Of a stretch of DNA of 64,000 nucleotides, positions 10,398-20,167 are shown in pieces. Within the stretch, counting starts at the first letter, position 1. Every line of letters begins with the position of its first letter. A program made the translations under genes and the position numbers. The stretch comes from an uncultured Pseudomonadota bacterium (GTDB taxonomy: Bacteria; Pseudomonadota; Alphaproteobacteria; Rs-D84): NCBI GenBank assembly GCA_946613885.1, contig CAMOGA010000002.1:27129-91128 (forward strand), given 5' to 3'. The notes under the pieces are model-generated. The model was given only the letters and a program-made list of their open reading frames with translations. It was not told the origin of the DNA and did no database searches.

Positions 10398-12017
10398 TTG
10401 GCAAAATATGATAATTCTTTCACAGACGAATTAAGACAACGTTTATCATTAGTTGATGTGATTTCCCGTCGTGTACCACTTGTTAAACGTGGTCAAAATT
10501 ATTGGGGATGTTGCCCGTTTCATAACGAGAAAACACCATCTTTTTCTGTTAATGAAGACAAAGGTTTTTATCATTGTTTTGGATGTCGTGAACATGGTGA
10601 TATTATATCTTTTGTAATGAAAACTGAAAATATTGACTTCAAAGAAGCAATCAAAGAATTGGCTGATATGGCTGGGTTAAAATTACCAACATATAAACAA
10701 AAAACCCAACAACAAATTGATAACGAAGAAAACTATATAAAAATTACAGAATCTGCATGTAAAATTTATCAAGATTTATTATTCCAAGATATTGGTAAAC
10801 ATGCATTGGAATACATCAAAAAACGTGGATTTAGCGATGATATGATAAAAAAATATCGTATCGGTTATGCACCAAAAAATAATATAATATCTGCAAAATT
10901 TAATAATGTAAAAATTGATAAATTAACATCAACTGGTCTTGTTCGTGTTGGCGAATATGGACCATACGATTTTTTCCGTGATAAATTAATGTTTCCAATA
11001 TTCAACGCACACGGGCAAATTGTGGCATTTTCTGGGCGTTCATTGGATGGGTCTGAACCAAAATATATAAATACATCTGACACAGAATTATTTCATAAAC
11101 GTCAAACTATTTTCGGATTTAATTTTGCACGTGATGCAATACATCGTGCGAATCGCAGCATTGTTGTCGAAGGTCAAATTGATGCGATTCAAATGCAGGT
11201 AAATGGATTTGGTGAAACTGTTGCACCACTTGGAACCGCATTAACCGAAGATCATATTGCAATTTTATGTAAATCGAATCGTAATATTACATTTTGTTTT
11301 GATGGTGATAATGCTGGGCAAAAGGCGGCTATACGTGCGTGCACATTGGTTTTACCATTTTTACGTGATAATTCTGACGTTCGATTTGCTTTTGTTTCTG
11401 GTGGCAAAGATCCAGATGAAATATTAAAAACACATGGTGTATCTGCCATGAAAAAAATTATTGATGATGCCGTTCCATTGATTGACTTTTTATGGGAAAC
11501 TGTTAATAAAAATTATTTAATAAATACCCCAGGTGGCAGAACCCAGGCAGAAAAATTCTTAAAAGATTGTGTATCAAAAATTACTGATAAAATTTTTCAA
11601 AGTGAAATTGAAAATGAATATAACTCTCGAAAATTCAATCAATGGCATAAATGGAAAAAAACAGAATATAAACCAGATATTGAATTACCAGATACAAATC
11701 AAATAGATATAAATATCATAAAATCTATTGTTCAAACATATCCTGAAATATCTGAAAAATTTGGTGATTTTTTAATATCATTAAATATATCATTTGATGA
11801 AGATGTTCAAAAAACAACCATGTCATTACAGGATGCTGAAAAATTCATTGTGTCGTTTAAATTACAAAAATATATAAAAAAATTAAACGCTGAAAAAATT
11901 GAAATTATAAATAATGCATTAAAAAATAATGTTTCTGACCCAGAAATATTAAAAGATATAAACGAAAAAATAAAAAATGCCAACGATAAACTGGAAAATT
12001 TAATGGATAAAAAATAA
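10398..12017 (+). CDS. dnaG: DNA primase
   Basis: CPFHNEKTPSF zinc finger, PKYINT, VEGQID, FDGDNAG, KDPDE. Confidence 0.98.
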   Translation: MAKYDNSFTDELRQRLSLVDVISRRVPLVKRGQNYWGCCPFHNEKTPSFSVNEDKGFYHCFGCREHGDIISFVMKTENIDFKEAIKELADMAGLKLPTYKQKTQQQIDNEENYIKITESACKIYQDLLFQDIGKHALEYIKKRGFSDDMIKKYRIGYAPKNNIISAKFNNVKIDKLTSTGLVRVGEYGPYDFFRDKLMFPIFNAHGQIVAFSGRSLDGSEPKYINTSDTELFHKRQTIFGFNFARDAIHRANRSIVVEGQIDAIQMQVNGFGETVAPLGTALTEDHIAILCKSNRNITFCFDGDNAGQKAAIRACTLVLPFLRDNSDVRFAFVSGGKDPDEILKTHGVSAMKKIIDDAVPLIDFLWETVNKNYLINTPGGRTQAEKFLKDCVSKITDKIFQSEIENEYNSRKFNQWHKWKKTEYKPDIELPDTNQIDINIIKSIVQTYPEISEKFGDFLISLNISFDEDVQKTTMSLQDAEKFIVSFKLQKYIKKLNAEKIEIINNALKNNVSDPEILKDINEKIKNANDKLENLMDKK

Positions 12018-12088
12018 AAAAAATTACCGGCTTTTTTGATAAAAAAATTCAAAAACACCGGGATTTTTATTTTTTTTTGTAATTTATA

Positions 12089-12116
12089 AAAAATACCGGC
12101 TTTTTCCGGTATTTTT
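12089..12116. terminator. Bidirectional terminator between convergent dnaG and ychF
   Basis: AAAAATACCGG...CCGGTATTTTT inverted repeat. Confidence 0.75.
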
Positions 12117-12122
12117 TAATTT

Positions 12123-13202
12123 TTATACATTAAACAAGAAATGACATATATCACCATCTTGCATAACATATTCTTTACCAACCAGACGCATTTTGCCGGC
12201 CTCTTTAACTGCAACTTCACCACCATATTCAATATAATCTTTTGGTGAAATTATTTCTGCACGTATAAACCCACGTTCAAAATCAGTATGAATTTTACCA
12301 GCCGCCTGTGGTGCAGTCATACCCTTAGTTATTGTCCATGCATGGGCTTCTTTGGGACCGACAGTATAAAAAGTTTGTAATCCCAAAGTATCATACCCAG
12401 TATGTATAATTTTATCCAACCCAGATTCATTTAACCCCAGTTCATTTAAAAACATTTTTCGTTCATCTACATCGACAATTTGTGCGATTTCCATTTCAAT
12501 TTTAGATGAAATAATTAACACTGGTGCAACACTTCCAAATTTTTCACGCACTAAATCTGAATATTTATTTCCATTTGCGGCACTATCTTCTTCAACATTA
12601 CACACATAAATTACAGGTTTAGATGTTAATAAATTAAAAGGTTTTGAATCTACATCTGTATCACGTGCAGGAATTGATTTTTCCAAATTTGATTTTATCA
12701 TTTGTGCATCAGATAATAATTTAGCAGCATTTTTATCCAGCCCATGAACTTTTTTTTCTAATTTTTTTATCTGATTATCTAAACTTTCCATATCTGCCAA
12801 CATTAATTCAGTTTCAATTGTTTCAATATCAGTTATTGGATCAATTTTTCCATTAACATGAACAATATCATCATTTTCAAAACAACGAACAACATGAATA
12901 ATTGCATCTGTTTCCAAGATATTTGATAAAAATTTATTTCCCAGACCTTCACCTGTTGATGCACCTTTGACAAGACCGGCAATATCAACAATTTCCAATT
13001 GTGTTGGTATAATTCTTTCTGCGCCGGCAACACGTGCTAAATTATGCAACGTTGCATCTGGTACAACAACACGACCAGTATTTGGTTCAATTGTACAAAA
13101 TGGATAATTTTGCGCATCTGCCGCCGCACTTTGTGTTAACGCATTAAATAAAGTAGATTTTCCAACATTTGGTAATCCTACAATTCCACAATTAAATCCC
13201 AT
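12123..13202 (-). CDS. ychF: Redox-regulated ATPase YchF
   Basis: GIVGLPNVGKSTLFN, NYPFCTIEPN, DIAGLVKG, IHTDFERGFIRAE. Confidence 0.98.
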   Translation of the reverse strand: MGFNCGIVGLPNVGKSTLFNALTQSAAADAQNYPFCTIEPNTGRVVVPDATLHNLARVAGAERIIPTQLEIVDIAGLVKGASTGEGLGNKFLSNILETDAIIHVVRCFENDDIVHVNGKIDPITDIETIETELMLADMESLDNQIKKLEKKVHGLDKNAAKLLSDAQMIKSNLEKSIPARDTDVDSKPFNLLTSKPVIYVCNVEEDSAANGNKYSDLVREKFGSVAPVLIISSKIEMEIAQIVDVDERKMFLNELGLNESGLDKIIHTGYDTLGLQTFYTVGPKEAHAWTITKGMTAPQAAGKIHTDFERGFIRAEIISPKDYIEYGGEVAVKEAGKMRLVGKEYVMQDGDICHFLFNV

Positions 13203-13272
13203 ATCTTTTCACCAATTATATTGTTTTTTGTTTTATTTTTATTTATTATATACACATATAACAGGTTTAAAT

Positions 13273-13962
13273 ATGTCATACCTTTGGCAAGAATTCAATA
13301 TAAAAACGTTTACTGCGGAAACTTTGGTTTTCCGTGATGGTATTTTTTGTAAAGAATTATCTGATTATACGTGTGCAAGTTGTGATAACAACACAATAAC
13401 TATTAATAAAACAATAAAAATACCGGTACATATTATATATATTGGTGAAATTGCAGATAATATAAATTTAAATATAAATATTATCGCACCAGATACAAAA
13501 ATCATAATGACAAATAAAACAGTATGTAAAAAACCGGCTTTTTTTAACATTTTTATTAAAAATTTCGGTAAAAACAGTGTGTTTGATGGCAAAATTATTG
13601 TTAAAAATCATAATTCATTAAAAATAAGTGTGTTGGCCGAACATTTATGCGAAAATACCGGTATTTTTGTAAAAACACGTGTGGCAGCATATAAAAATTC
13701 AGAAACTATATTAACCGGCAGTGCGATAATAGGCAAAAATATCCCCAATTGTGATTCAGATGTTTCTTTTACGGTTATGGCCGATGAAAATGCAAAAATA
13801 ACGATGAAACCAATGCAGTATATAAAATCTGTTCCAGAATCTGCAAAACATTCTGCATCAGTATATAAACCAAATAATAATCAAATTAATTATTTACGAA
13901 CATCAGGTTTGGGAACTATTGAAATAAAACAGGTCTTAGAAAACGCATTTTTGGAAGAATAA
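13273..13962 (+). CDS. SufB/SufD-like beta-helix protein
   Basis: Beta-rich core and C-terminal AKHSASV...QINYLRTSGL resembling the SufBD C-terminus. Confidence 0.6.
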   Translation: MSYLWQEFNIKTFTAETLVFRDGIFCKELSDYTCASCDNNTITINKTIKIPVHIIYIGEIADNINLNINIIAPDTKIIMTNKTVCKKPAFFNIFIKNFGKNSVFDGKIIVKNHNSLKISVLAEHLCENTGIFVKTRVAAYKNSETILTGSAIIGKNIPNCDSDVSFTVMADENAKITMKPMQYIKSVPESAKHSASVYKPNNNQINYLRTSGLGTIEIKQVLENAFLEE

Positions 13963-13988
13963 AAAAAATACCCGAATAAATCGGGTAT
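13961..13988 (-). terminator. Terminator after rpmJ
   Basis: ATACCCGA/TCGGGTAT stem with an A-tract on the left (U-tract on minus strand). Confidence 0.65.
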
Positions 13989-14012
13989 AAAAAATATTAT
14001 GCAACAACAGCA

Positions 14013-14147
14013 TTATTTTTTCTTGAAACCCTGTTTTGCCTTTAATTTAGGATTAGAAGGGTCAATCAATATAACCTGTTTTCCACGGCGAATTTGTTTA
14101 ATGTTTCCACGTTTTTTCCAGGCCTTTAATGAACTTAAAAATTTCAT
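14013..14147 (-). CDS. rpmJ: 50S ribosomal protein L36, zinc-free type B
   Basis: Manual translation MKFLSSLKAWKKRGNIKQIRRGKQVILIDPSNPKLKAKQGFKKK; SD AAGGA; below the ORF-track cutoff. Confidence 0.92.
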   Translation of the reverse strand: MKFLSSLKAWKKRGNIKQIRRGKQVILIDPSNPKLKAKQGFKKK

Positions 14148-14457
14148 GTCTAAATCCTTTTTACCGAACGATTATAAACCAATTTTATAAAAAATCAAAT
14201 AATTATTATATTTAATTGTTATTTTTATTGTGCCTGTTGATTATATTAAAAACTTTTTTAAACAAATACTAAACAAATTTTCAACAAAAAAATCCAATAT
14301 TTCCGGTATTTTTATAAAAATGTTGAATTTTTACGATAAATAATAAACATGTTGAAAAAACACAAATTTTTCATATTTTAAACATTTTTACAGATTTTTA
14401 CTTTTCACTTGTTGAAAAAAGTTGAAATTGTTATAATTAAAACATCAGGAGGGAATT

Positions 14458-14757
14458 TTGAAACAAAAAGTCCTAAAAGCTTTGGCAAATCCGCCACGTA
14501 TATTCTATGTGCCATATACATTGGCGGTGTTAAACTTTTTATTATGGTTTATGGTTTTTGTTGTTTCTATGATTGTTTTTATAATTTTACCACCTCACGA
14601 GATACCTATTTGGTTTGCTTTGGCTTTTTTAGGAATTGTATCATTAACACATTCTATATTGGCTTTTTATTCAAAACAAGACCCACAAATATCACAATTA
14701 ATATTATCTTCGTTTAACGTATTTAAAAATAAAATACCTAAAAGGTTAATCGTATAA
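14458..14757 (+). CDS. virB3: VirB3-like T4SS inner membrane protein
   Basis: KALANPPRIFYVPY, two TM helices, KQDPQ; strong SD GGAGGG; immediately before virB4. Confidence 0.8.
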   Translation: MKQKVLKALANPPRIFYVPYTLAVLNFLLWFMVFVVSMIVFIILPPHEIPIWFALAFLGIVSLTHSILAFYSKQDPQISQLILSSFNVFKNKIPKRLIV

Positions 14758-14760
14758 AAA

Positions 14761-17175
14761 ATGGAAAAATTATTTAGTTATTTTGCCGGTAATAATGATT
14801 CAATGATATTGACATTGACAATAATTGCGATGTCTGTGTTATTGGTGTTTATTGTTTTATTGATATATATTCCAACGATAATAAAGAAAATTTTCCCAAA
14901 TTTTGGTTATACAAAATATTCAGATTATTTACCTTTTGATAATGTTTTTTCTGACCACAGTTTATCTATCAAAGACGGATCATTGGTTCGTGTATATAAA
15001 ATACGTGGTATTCAAACAAATATTATGGATAATGAAAATTTAGAAAAAATGTTGGATTTACGTACACAATTATTTAATCGAATCCAAGATCCTGATGTTT
15101 ATTTAAGATTTTTTACAATTCGTGATTTTGTTGATGAAAAAACAGATTATGAATTTAATCAACCTGTATTACAGAAGATATATGATAAATGGAATAATCA
15201 GGGATTAAAAATTTATAATAATTCTTATTATGTTGTGATATCTGTGCATGGACAAAATAATCGTGAAAAATTAAATCAATATTGTAATTATATTGAATCA
15301 ATATTATCTGCATATAAACCAGAATTATTAAAAAATGAAAACACAGATAATATGGCAACTTTTTTTGGTAGAATTTTATCACCTGTATCAAAACCGGTAA
15401 TAAAAACATGTGATAATAATATATCTAGTAATGTGACTGTTGACGAGGTTGAATTTCAAAAAAATGGTATTATTGAATATACCAGTGGTGATACAACATA
15501 TTATGCATCTGCGATGTCTTTTAAAACATCGCCAGATTACATGGATGAAGAATTTTTTGATACAATATCAACTATACAATGTGAAATGATATGTATGAAC
15601 GGTTTTCATATATTACAATCTGGGGATATTGAAACAGTATTACGGCAACATAAATCAACAATAACTGATGAAAGTGCAGAATCTACATTGGAACAAATTG
15701 GTGAGGCACAATCACAAATGGATGAAAATATCACTGGTACGCAAACATTGGTTGATTATTATCCTTTATTTATGTTGTTTGGTAAAGATATAGATGAATT
15801 AAATAAATCTGTGGATGAATTTAAAAAGATATGTGCATCTTTTGGTGTATCACCTGTGGTTGAAAGATTTGCGTCACGTGTTTCATTTTTTTCACAATTA
15901 CCGGGGTTTGACGTATTTCCACGTGTGTTTAAAATGTTATCAAAAACTGCTGCGACCAGTATACCTTTGTCATCGATGCCACATGGTGTTAAAAATTCTG
16001 ATTGGGGTCCTGGACCATTGGTTGTTTTTCCAACTGCCCAGGGAACACCATATCAATTTCAATTTCATGTATCTGATAAACCGGCTGCGGTTGGACATAC
16101 ATTAACAATTGGTCCAACGGGTGGCGGTAAAACAACATTGTTTTCATTTTTAATATCACAATCTTTGCGTCATCAAAAATTAAAGGCATTTTTCTTTGAC
16201 AGAAACAAAGGTGCAGAAATATTTACATTGGCAATCGGTGGTAAATATATCACAATGAACGGTAAAGAAAAAGATGCCAGTAAAGATATGTTTTTAACAC
16301 GATTAAATCCATTAAAAATGCCAGACAGTGCATCAAATCGTGCATTTTTACGTCGGTGGTTTTCAATTATAACCGGACAAAACGATGTTGAATCTATGGA
16401 TGAAATTGCACGTGCAGTATCTGTTAATTTTGATTATTTATCTGATAAAGACAGATTATTAAAAAATTTGTATGAAAGTTGTTTTTCATCATCTGGTAAA
16501 ATGCGTGGTGAATTAAAAAAATGGATAGATCCTTTGCAATACGGTGATATATTTAATGAAGAAAATGATACATTGGATTTAAATGCGCGTTTAACAACAT
16601 TTGATTTTACTGAAATTTTACAAGATGAAATATTGGCACCATCTGTTATATCGTATATTTTACACAGAATAAATAATATTACTGTATCCGGCGGAAATCC
16701 GTCATTAATCATGATTGATGAAACTGCGCCTATGTTGGAAAATAAAATGTTCCGTGATAATTTTATCGCAGGATTACAAGAAGGTCGTAAAAATCGTCAG
16801 GCATACATGGTTGCATTTCAACGTGCAAATGTTTTGGATAAACTGGGTATTGGTGATGTTGTTCGTGGTCAGGCACAAACTGTTCTGTTTTTCCGCAATC
16901 CTGCCGCGGATGTATCTGATTATGAAAAATGGAATTTAAATCCATTGGAAATGGCTTTTATTAAGGGTCAGGCATATCCGAATTTAAAACGTGCAGTATT
17001 ATTATCACGTCCTGTAAATGGTGAATCTGTAATTTTAAATACAGAACTGGGCGGATTGGGTAATATGTTGCGTTTATTTGAATCAGGACGGTCATCGGTT
17101 TTATTGGCCGAAGAATTATATCAAAATTATGGAAATAATTTTGTTGATGAATACCTTAAAAAACAAAAAGAGTAA
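14761..17175 (+). CDS. virB4: VirB4-family T4SS ATPase
   Basis: GHTLTIGPTGGGKT Walker A, FFDRNKG, LNPL, IMIDE Walker B, EGRKNR, FRNP. Confidence 0.92.
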   Translation: MEKLFSYFAGNNDSMILTLTIIAMSVLLVFIVLLIYIPTIIKKIFPNFGYTKYSDYLPFDNVFSDHSLSIKDGSLVRVYKIRGIQTNIMDNENLEKMLDLRTQLFNRIQDPDVYLRFFTIRDFVDEKTDYEFNQPVLQKIYDKWNNQGLKIYNNSYYVVISVHGQNNREKLNQYCNYIESILSAYKPELLKNENTDNMATFFGRILSPVSKPVIKTCDNNISSNVTVDEVEFQKNGIIEYTSGDTTYYASAMSFKTSPDYMDEEFFDTISTIQCEMICMNGFHILQSGDIETVLRQHKSTITDESAESTLEQIGEAQSQMDENITGTQTLVDYYPLFMLFGKDIDELNKSVDEFKKICASFGVSPVVERFASRVSFFSQLPGFDVFPRVFKMLSKTAATSIPLSSMPHGVKNSDWGPGPLVVFPTAQGTPYQFQFHVSDKPAAVGHTLTIGPTGGGKTTLFSFLISQSLRHQKLKAFFFDRNKGAEIFTLAIGGKYITMNGKEKDASKDMFLTRLNPLKMPDSASNRAFLRRWFSIITGQNDVESMDEIARAVSVNFDYLSDKDRLLKNLYESCFSSSGKMRGELKKWIDPLQYGDIFNEENDTLDLNARLTTFDFTEILQDEILAPSVISYILHRINNITVSGGNPSLIMIDETAPMLENKMFRDNFIAGLQEGRKNRQAYMVAFQRANVLDKLGIGDVVRGQAQTVLFFRNPAADVSDYEKWNLNPLEMAFIKGQAYPNLKRAVLLSRPVNGESVILNTELGGLGNMLRLFESGRSSVLLAEELYQNYGNNFVDEYLKKQKE

Positions 17176-17178
17176 AAA

Positions 17179-17817
17179 ATGTTAAGAAAAATTTATTTTT
17201 TAATTCTTACGATTTTACCAAATGTTTTATTTGCATTTGATTGTTCACAGTTTAAATATGATGCAGATGTTGATATTAAATTAAAAGTTAATGATACTGT
17301 TATTCAACAATCTGATGAAAAATTGGTTGGAAAATTGGGATATACCCAACCGCAAATATCTTATAATATTTTCTCACACACAGTCATGATACCAGTGGAA
17401 GATGGAAATTGTATATCTTTACGTGGTATGGATATAGAAATTAACGAAGATTATGATATTATTATTGATAAAATATTAAAAGAAAAATCTTGCGCATATA
17501 ATATTGTTTATGAACACGAACAAGATCATGTTAATGTTTATAAAAATGTTATAAAAGATAATATCGATAGTATAAAAAAATCGATATCAAATGAATTAAA
17601 AAACTTTGAACCTATTTTTATAGAAAATAACAGCGAAATACCAGATTATTCTGATATAGTGGTTAATAATAATTTTGTTAGACAAACAATATCAAATATT
17701 ATGAATAAATTTGAAACAGAAAATAAAAAAATAGATGAACGTGGTGATGTCTATAATATTTGGAAATGTGAAGATTTTTATCAAGATATGAAAAATTCTG
17801 ATTTGGTCATAGATTAA
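17179..17817 (+). CDS. Secreted HExxH protein (DUF922-like putative zinc protease)
   Basis: Signal peptide; SCAYNIVYEHEQDHV; paralog of the next gene. Confidence 0.55.
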   Translation: MLRKIYFLILTILPNVLFAFDCSQFKYDADVDIKLKVNDTVIQQSDEKLVGKLGYTQPQISYNIFSHTVMIPVEDGNCISLRGMDIEINEDYDIIIDKILKEKSCAYNIVYEHEQDHVNVYKNVIKDNIDSIKKSISNELKNFEPIFIENNSEIPDYSDIVVNNNFVRQTISNIMNKFETENKKIDERGDVYNIWKCEDFYQDMKNSDLVID

Positions 17818-17819
17818 AA

Positions 17820-18440
17820 ATGAAATATATATTTTCTATTTTTTTATCATTATTTGTTTTTAATGCGTTTGGTATGGATGATTGTTTAAATTATAAATTA
17901 AATCCAACAATAAATATAAAAACACCAACATGGCAAAAAAGTGTAGTTCAACCGTTAAAAAAAATGGAAATTTTACATGGCGAAGTTATTGCAACATTGA
18001 CCGATGAATTTGAAATAACTGGGGATATCACACCAATAGAAGATGGTTTTTGTGTTGCTTTGAAAAACATAGATGCTTTGATTGGTTATTCTGATTTTTT
18101 GGTCCAAATAGATATATCACACAAACCTGATAGTTGTTCATACAATGCGATTTTACAACACGAAGACGAACATATTCGTGCATATTTATCGGTTATCGAA
18201 GATAATCAATATTTGATTGAACAATCTGTAAAATCTGCGGCTGAATCAATTGTGCCAGTATTTGTTCATAATGAAAAAGATATTGAATCTGCCATTGATA
18301 AATTAAACAATGAATTGCAAAACCATCCAGATATTATTTTATTAAAACAACAAATACATGCAGCCGAAGAAATTCGTAATAAACATGTTGATTTAAATGA
18401 TACAGGCGAAACATTAAAGAAATGTTTTGAACAGATTTGA
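17820..18440 (+). CDS. Secreted HExxH protein (DUF922-like putative zinc protease)
   Basis: Signal peptide; SCSYNAILQHEDEHI; Cys pattern shared with 17179..17817. Confidence 0.55.
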   Translation: MKYIFSIFLSLFVFNAFGMDDCLNYKLNPTINIKTPTWQKSVVQPLKKMEILHGEVIATLTDEFEITGDITPIEDGFCVALKNIDALIGYSDFLVQIDISHKPDSCSYNAILQHEDEHIRAYLSVIEDNQYLIEQSVKSAAESIVPVFVHNEKDIESAIDKLNNELQNHPDIILLKQQIHAAEEIRNKHVDLNDTGETLKKCFEQI

Positions 18441-18474
18441 CAATTATACAAATGTAAAAAATCTTAATTAGTTT

Positions 18475-19173
18475 TTATCCGAAATAAAACCATACCGCAA
18501 TTGGGGCAATAACGGCAGTCATCAGACCAGATAATACGATTGCCAATGAACTGAAAGAACCTTCTATTTTTCCCATTTCCATGGCTTTGACAGTACCTGC
18601 GGCATGTGAAGCGTTTCCGATTGCCAAACCACGTGATATTTGATTTTTTATATTCATCCATTTACATAATTTATCACTGACCGATGCACCCAGAATACCT
18701 GTGATAATTACGGCGGACACAGTCAAAGAAACCATACCACCCAATTTTTCAGTAATCCCAATTGCCAGTGCAGTTGTCACAGATATAGATACCAATGATC
18801 GTGCAATAACATCTGATAACCCGAACAATATAACCAATATACATATTGATAACACAGATGCCATAACTCCAACCAGCATCGCAAATAAAATTGATAAAAT
18901 ATGTTTTTTTAATAATGGTAATTGACGATACATTGGAACTGCAAAACATACAGTCACAGGAACCAGAAAATAAGTTAAATATTTTGCTGTGTTATTATAC
19001 GTGTTATATGGAATTTTAAAAGACAATAATATTGCAATAACAAACATTGTTCCTAAAAACAAAGGTGTAGTAAACGGATTTGGCCATTTTTTGTTGATAA
19101 CAGTTGCCAATATAAACATTGCAATTGTAATAACAATACCAAAGTAAGTTGAATTAGTAATCAAATTAATCAT
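18475..19173 (-). CDS. LrgB/CidB family membrane protein
   Basis: TVCFAVPMYRQL, SVTTALAI, GLAIGNASHAAGT. Confidence 0.92.
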   Translation of the reverse strand: MINLITNSTYFGIVITIAMFILATVINKKWPNPFTTPLFLGTMFVIAILLSFKIPYNTYNNTAKYLTYFLVPVTVCFAVPMYRQLPLLKKHILSILFAMLVGVMASVLSICILVILFGLSDVIARSLVSISVTTALAIGITEKLGGMVSLTVSAVIITGILGASVSDKLCKWMNIKNQISRGLAIGNASHAAGTVKAMEMGKIEGSFSSLAIVLSGLMTAVIAPIAVWFYFG

Positions 19174-19529
19174 TTTTTATTCCGTTTATTTTTATCCAGA
19201 AAATAATCTGCGGTTTTACCAGTTATAACCATTGTCACAAAATAAGCCGCCACTAATAATAAAACTAAATAATACCAAATATCTGAAATTTGTGGCCATA
19301 TATCAATAACCGCAACCGCAGGCGCAATAAAAAACAAAGCCATAACACTGTGAAACCAATCTGCAACATCTGATACCCACGCCAATTTAACTATACCGGT
19401 CCATAACGCAATAAATAATAATAATAACCCATAAATACTGCCAGCGATAGGCAATGGTATAAAATATTCACAAACTTCGCCTAAAAAAACGAAAATCAAA
19501 ATAATCATAAATTGAAATAAATATTTCAT
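19170..19529 (-). CDS. CidA/LrgA holin-like protein
   Basis: PLPIAGSIYGLLLLF, MALFFIAPAV; overlaps the LrgB-family gene. Confidence 0.92.
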   Translation of the reverse strand: MKYLFQFMIILIFVFLGEVCEYFIPLPIAGSIYGLLLLFIALWTGIVKLAWVSDVADWFHSVMALFFIAPAVAVIDIWPQISDIWYYLVLLLVAAYFVTMVITGKTADYFLDKNKRNKK

Positions 19530-19585
19530 ACAATCCCTCGCTGTTTTTGATTATATATAAAAACGTATTTTTTGAAAAGTTTTTT

Positions 19586-20146
19586 TTAACGATTTTTAGA
19601 TATTACATTGTTAAAATATTGGATTTCTTTTTTTAAAACATCGCGCCAATTTTTACCGTTATCACAATCACGACCGCAATATAAACAATTTACATAGCCA
19701 GGATAATTTTCATCAATATAACAATCATCACGTTGGTTTTTTTCTGGTGGTGGAATTATGTGTCCTTGACGAACAGTCAAAGGAAACATAATACATGCAT
19801 TTGGTTTGTATGACCATTCGTGTATGTTTTCACGTATAGCAATTTTTTGTAATATACACAAACCATTATCATCTGAAAAAATACATTTTGTTTGATTAAA
19901 ATGTTTTGGAAAATCATCAGGATATACAAAAGGTCTGGTCTTTGTTTTTCGACCAACAACTATATTTTTCCAATTTCCATTTTCAAAATAAAATTCTGCG
20001 TCATGTTCAAAATCATCTGGATGATTTTTTATAATTTGTTTTAATTTTTTTTCTTCATCATCAGATATATACACACCATCATAACAACAGTATCCTGCAC
20101 ATTTTGTCATATCACATTTTTTTAATTTAGGATTACGTTTAATCAT
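19586..20146 (-). CDS. Cys-rich putative Fe-S/Zn protein (DUF3109/YkgJ-like)
   Basis: CxxxxCxGxCCxxG, CIF..G.C, KPNACIMFP. Confidence 0.65.
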   Translation of the reverse strand: MIKRNPKLKKCDMTKCAGYCCYDGVYISDDEEKKLKQIIKNHPDDFEHDAEFYFENGNWKNIVVGRKTKTRPFVYPDDFPKHFNQTKCIFSDDNGLCILQKIAIRENIHEWSYKPNACIMFPLTVRQGHIIPPPEKNQRDDCYIDENYPGYVNCLYCGRDCDNGKNWRDVLKKEIQYFNNVISKNR

Positions 20147-20167
20147 ATCAGTAGAATCTTTATATAG

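Noticed and set aside
18475-19529. Phage lysis cassette
   Set aside because: Ordinary CidA/LrgA-LrgB pair with no endolysin.
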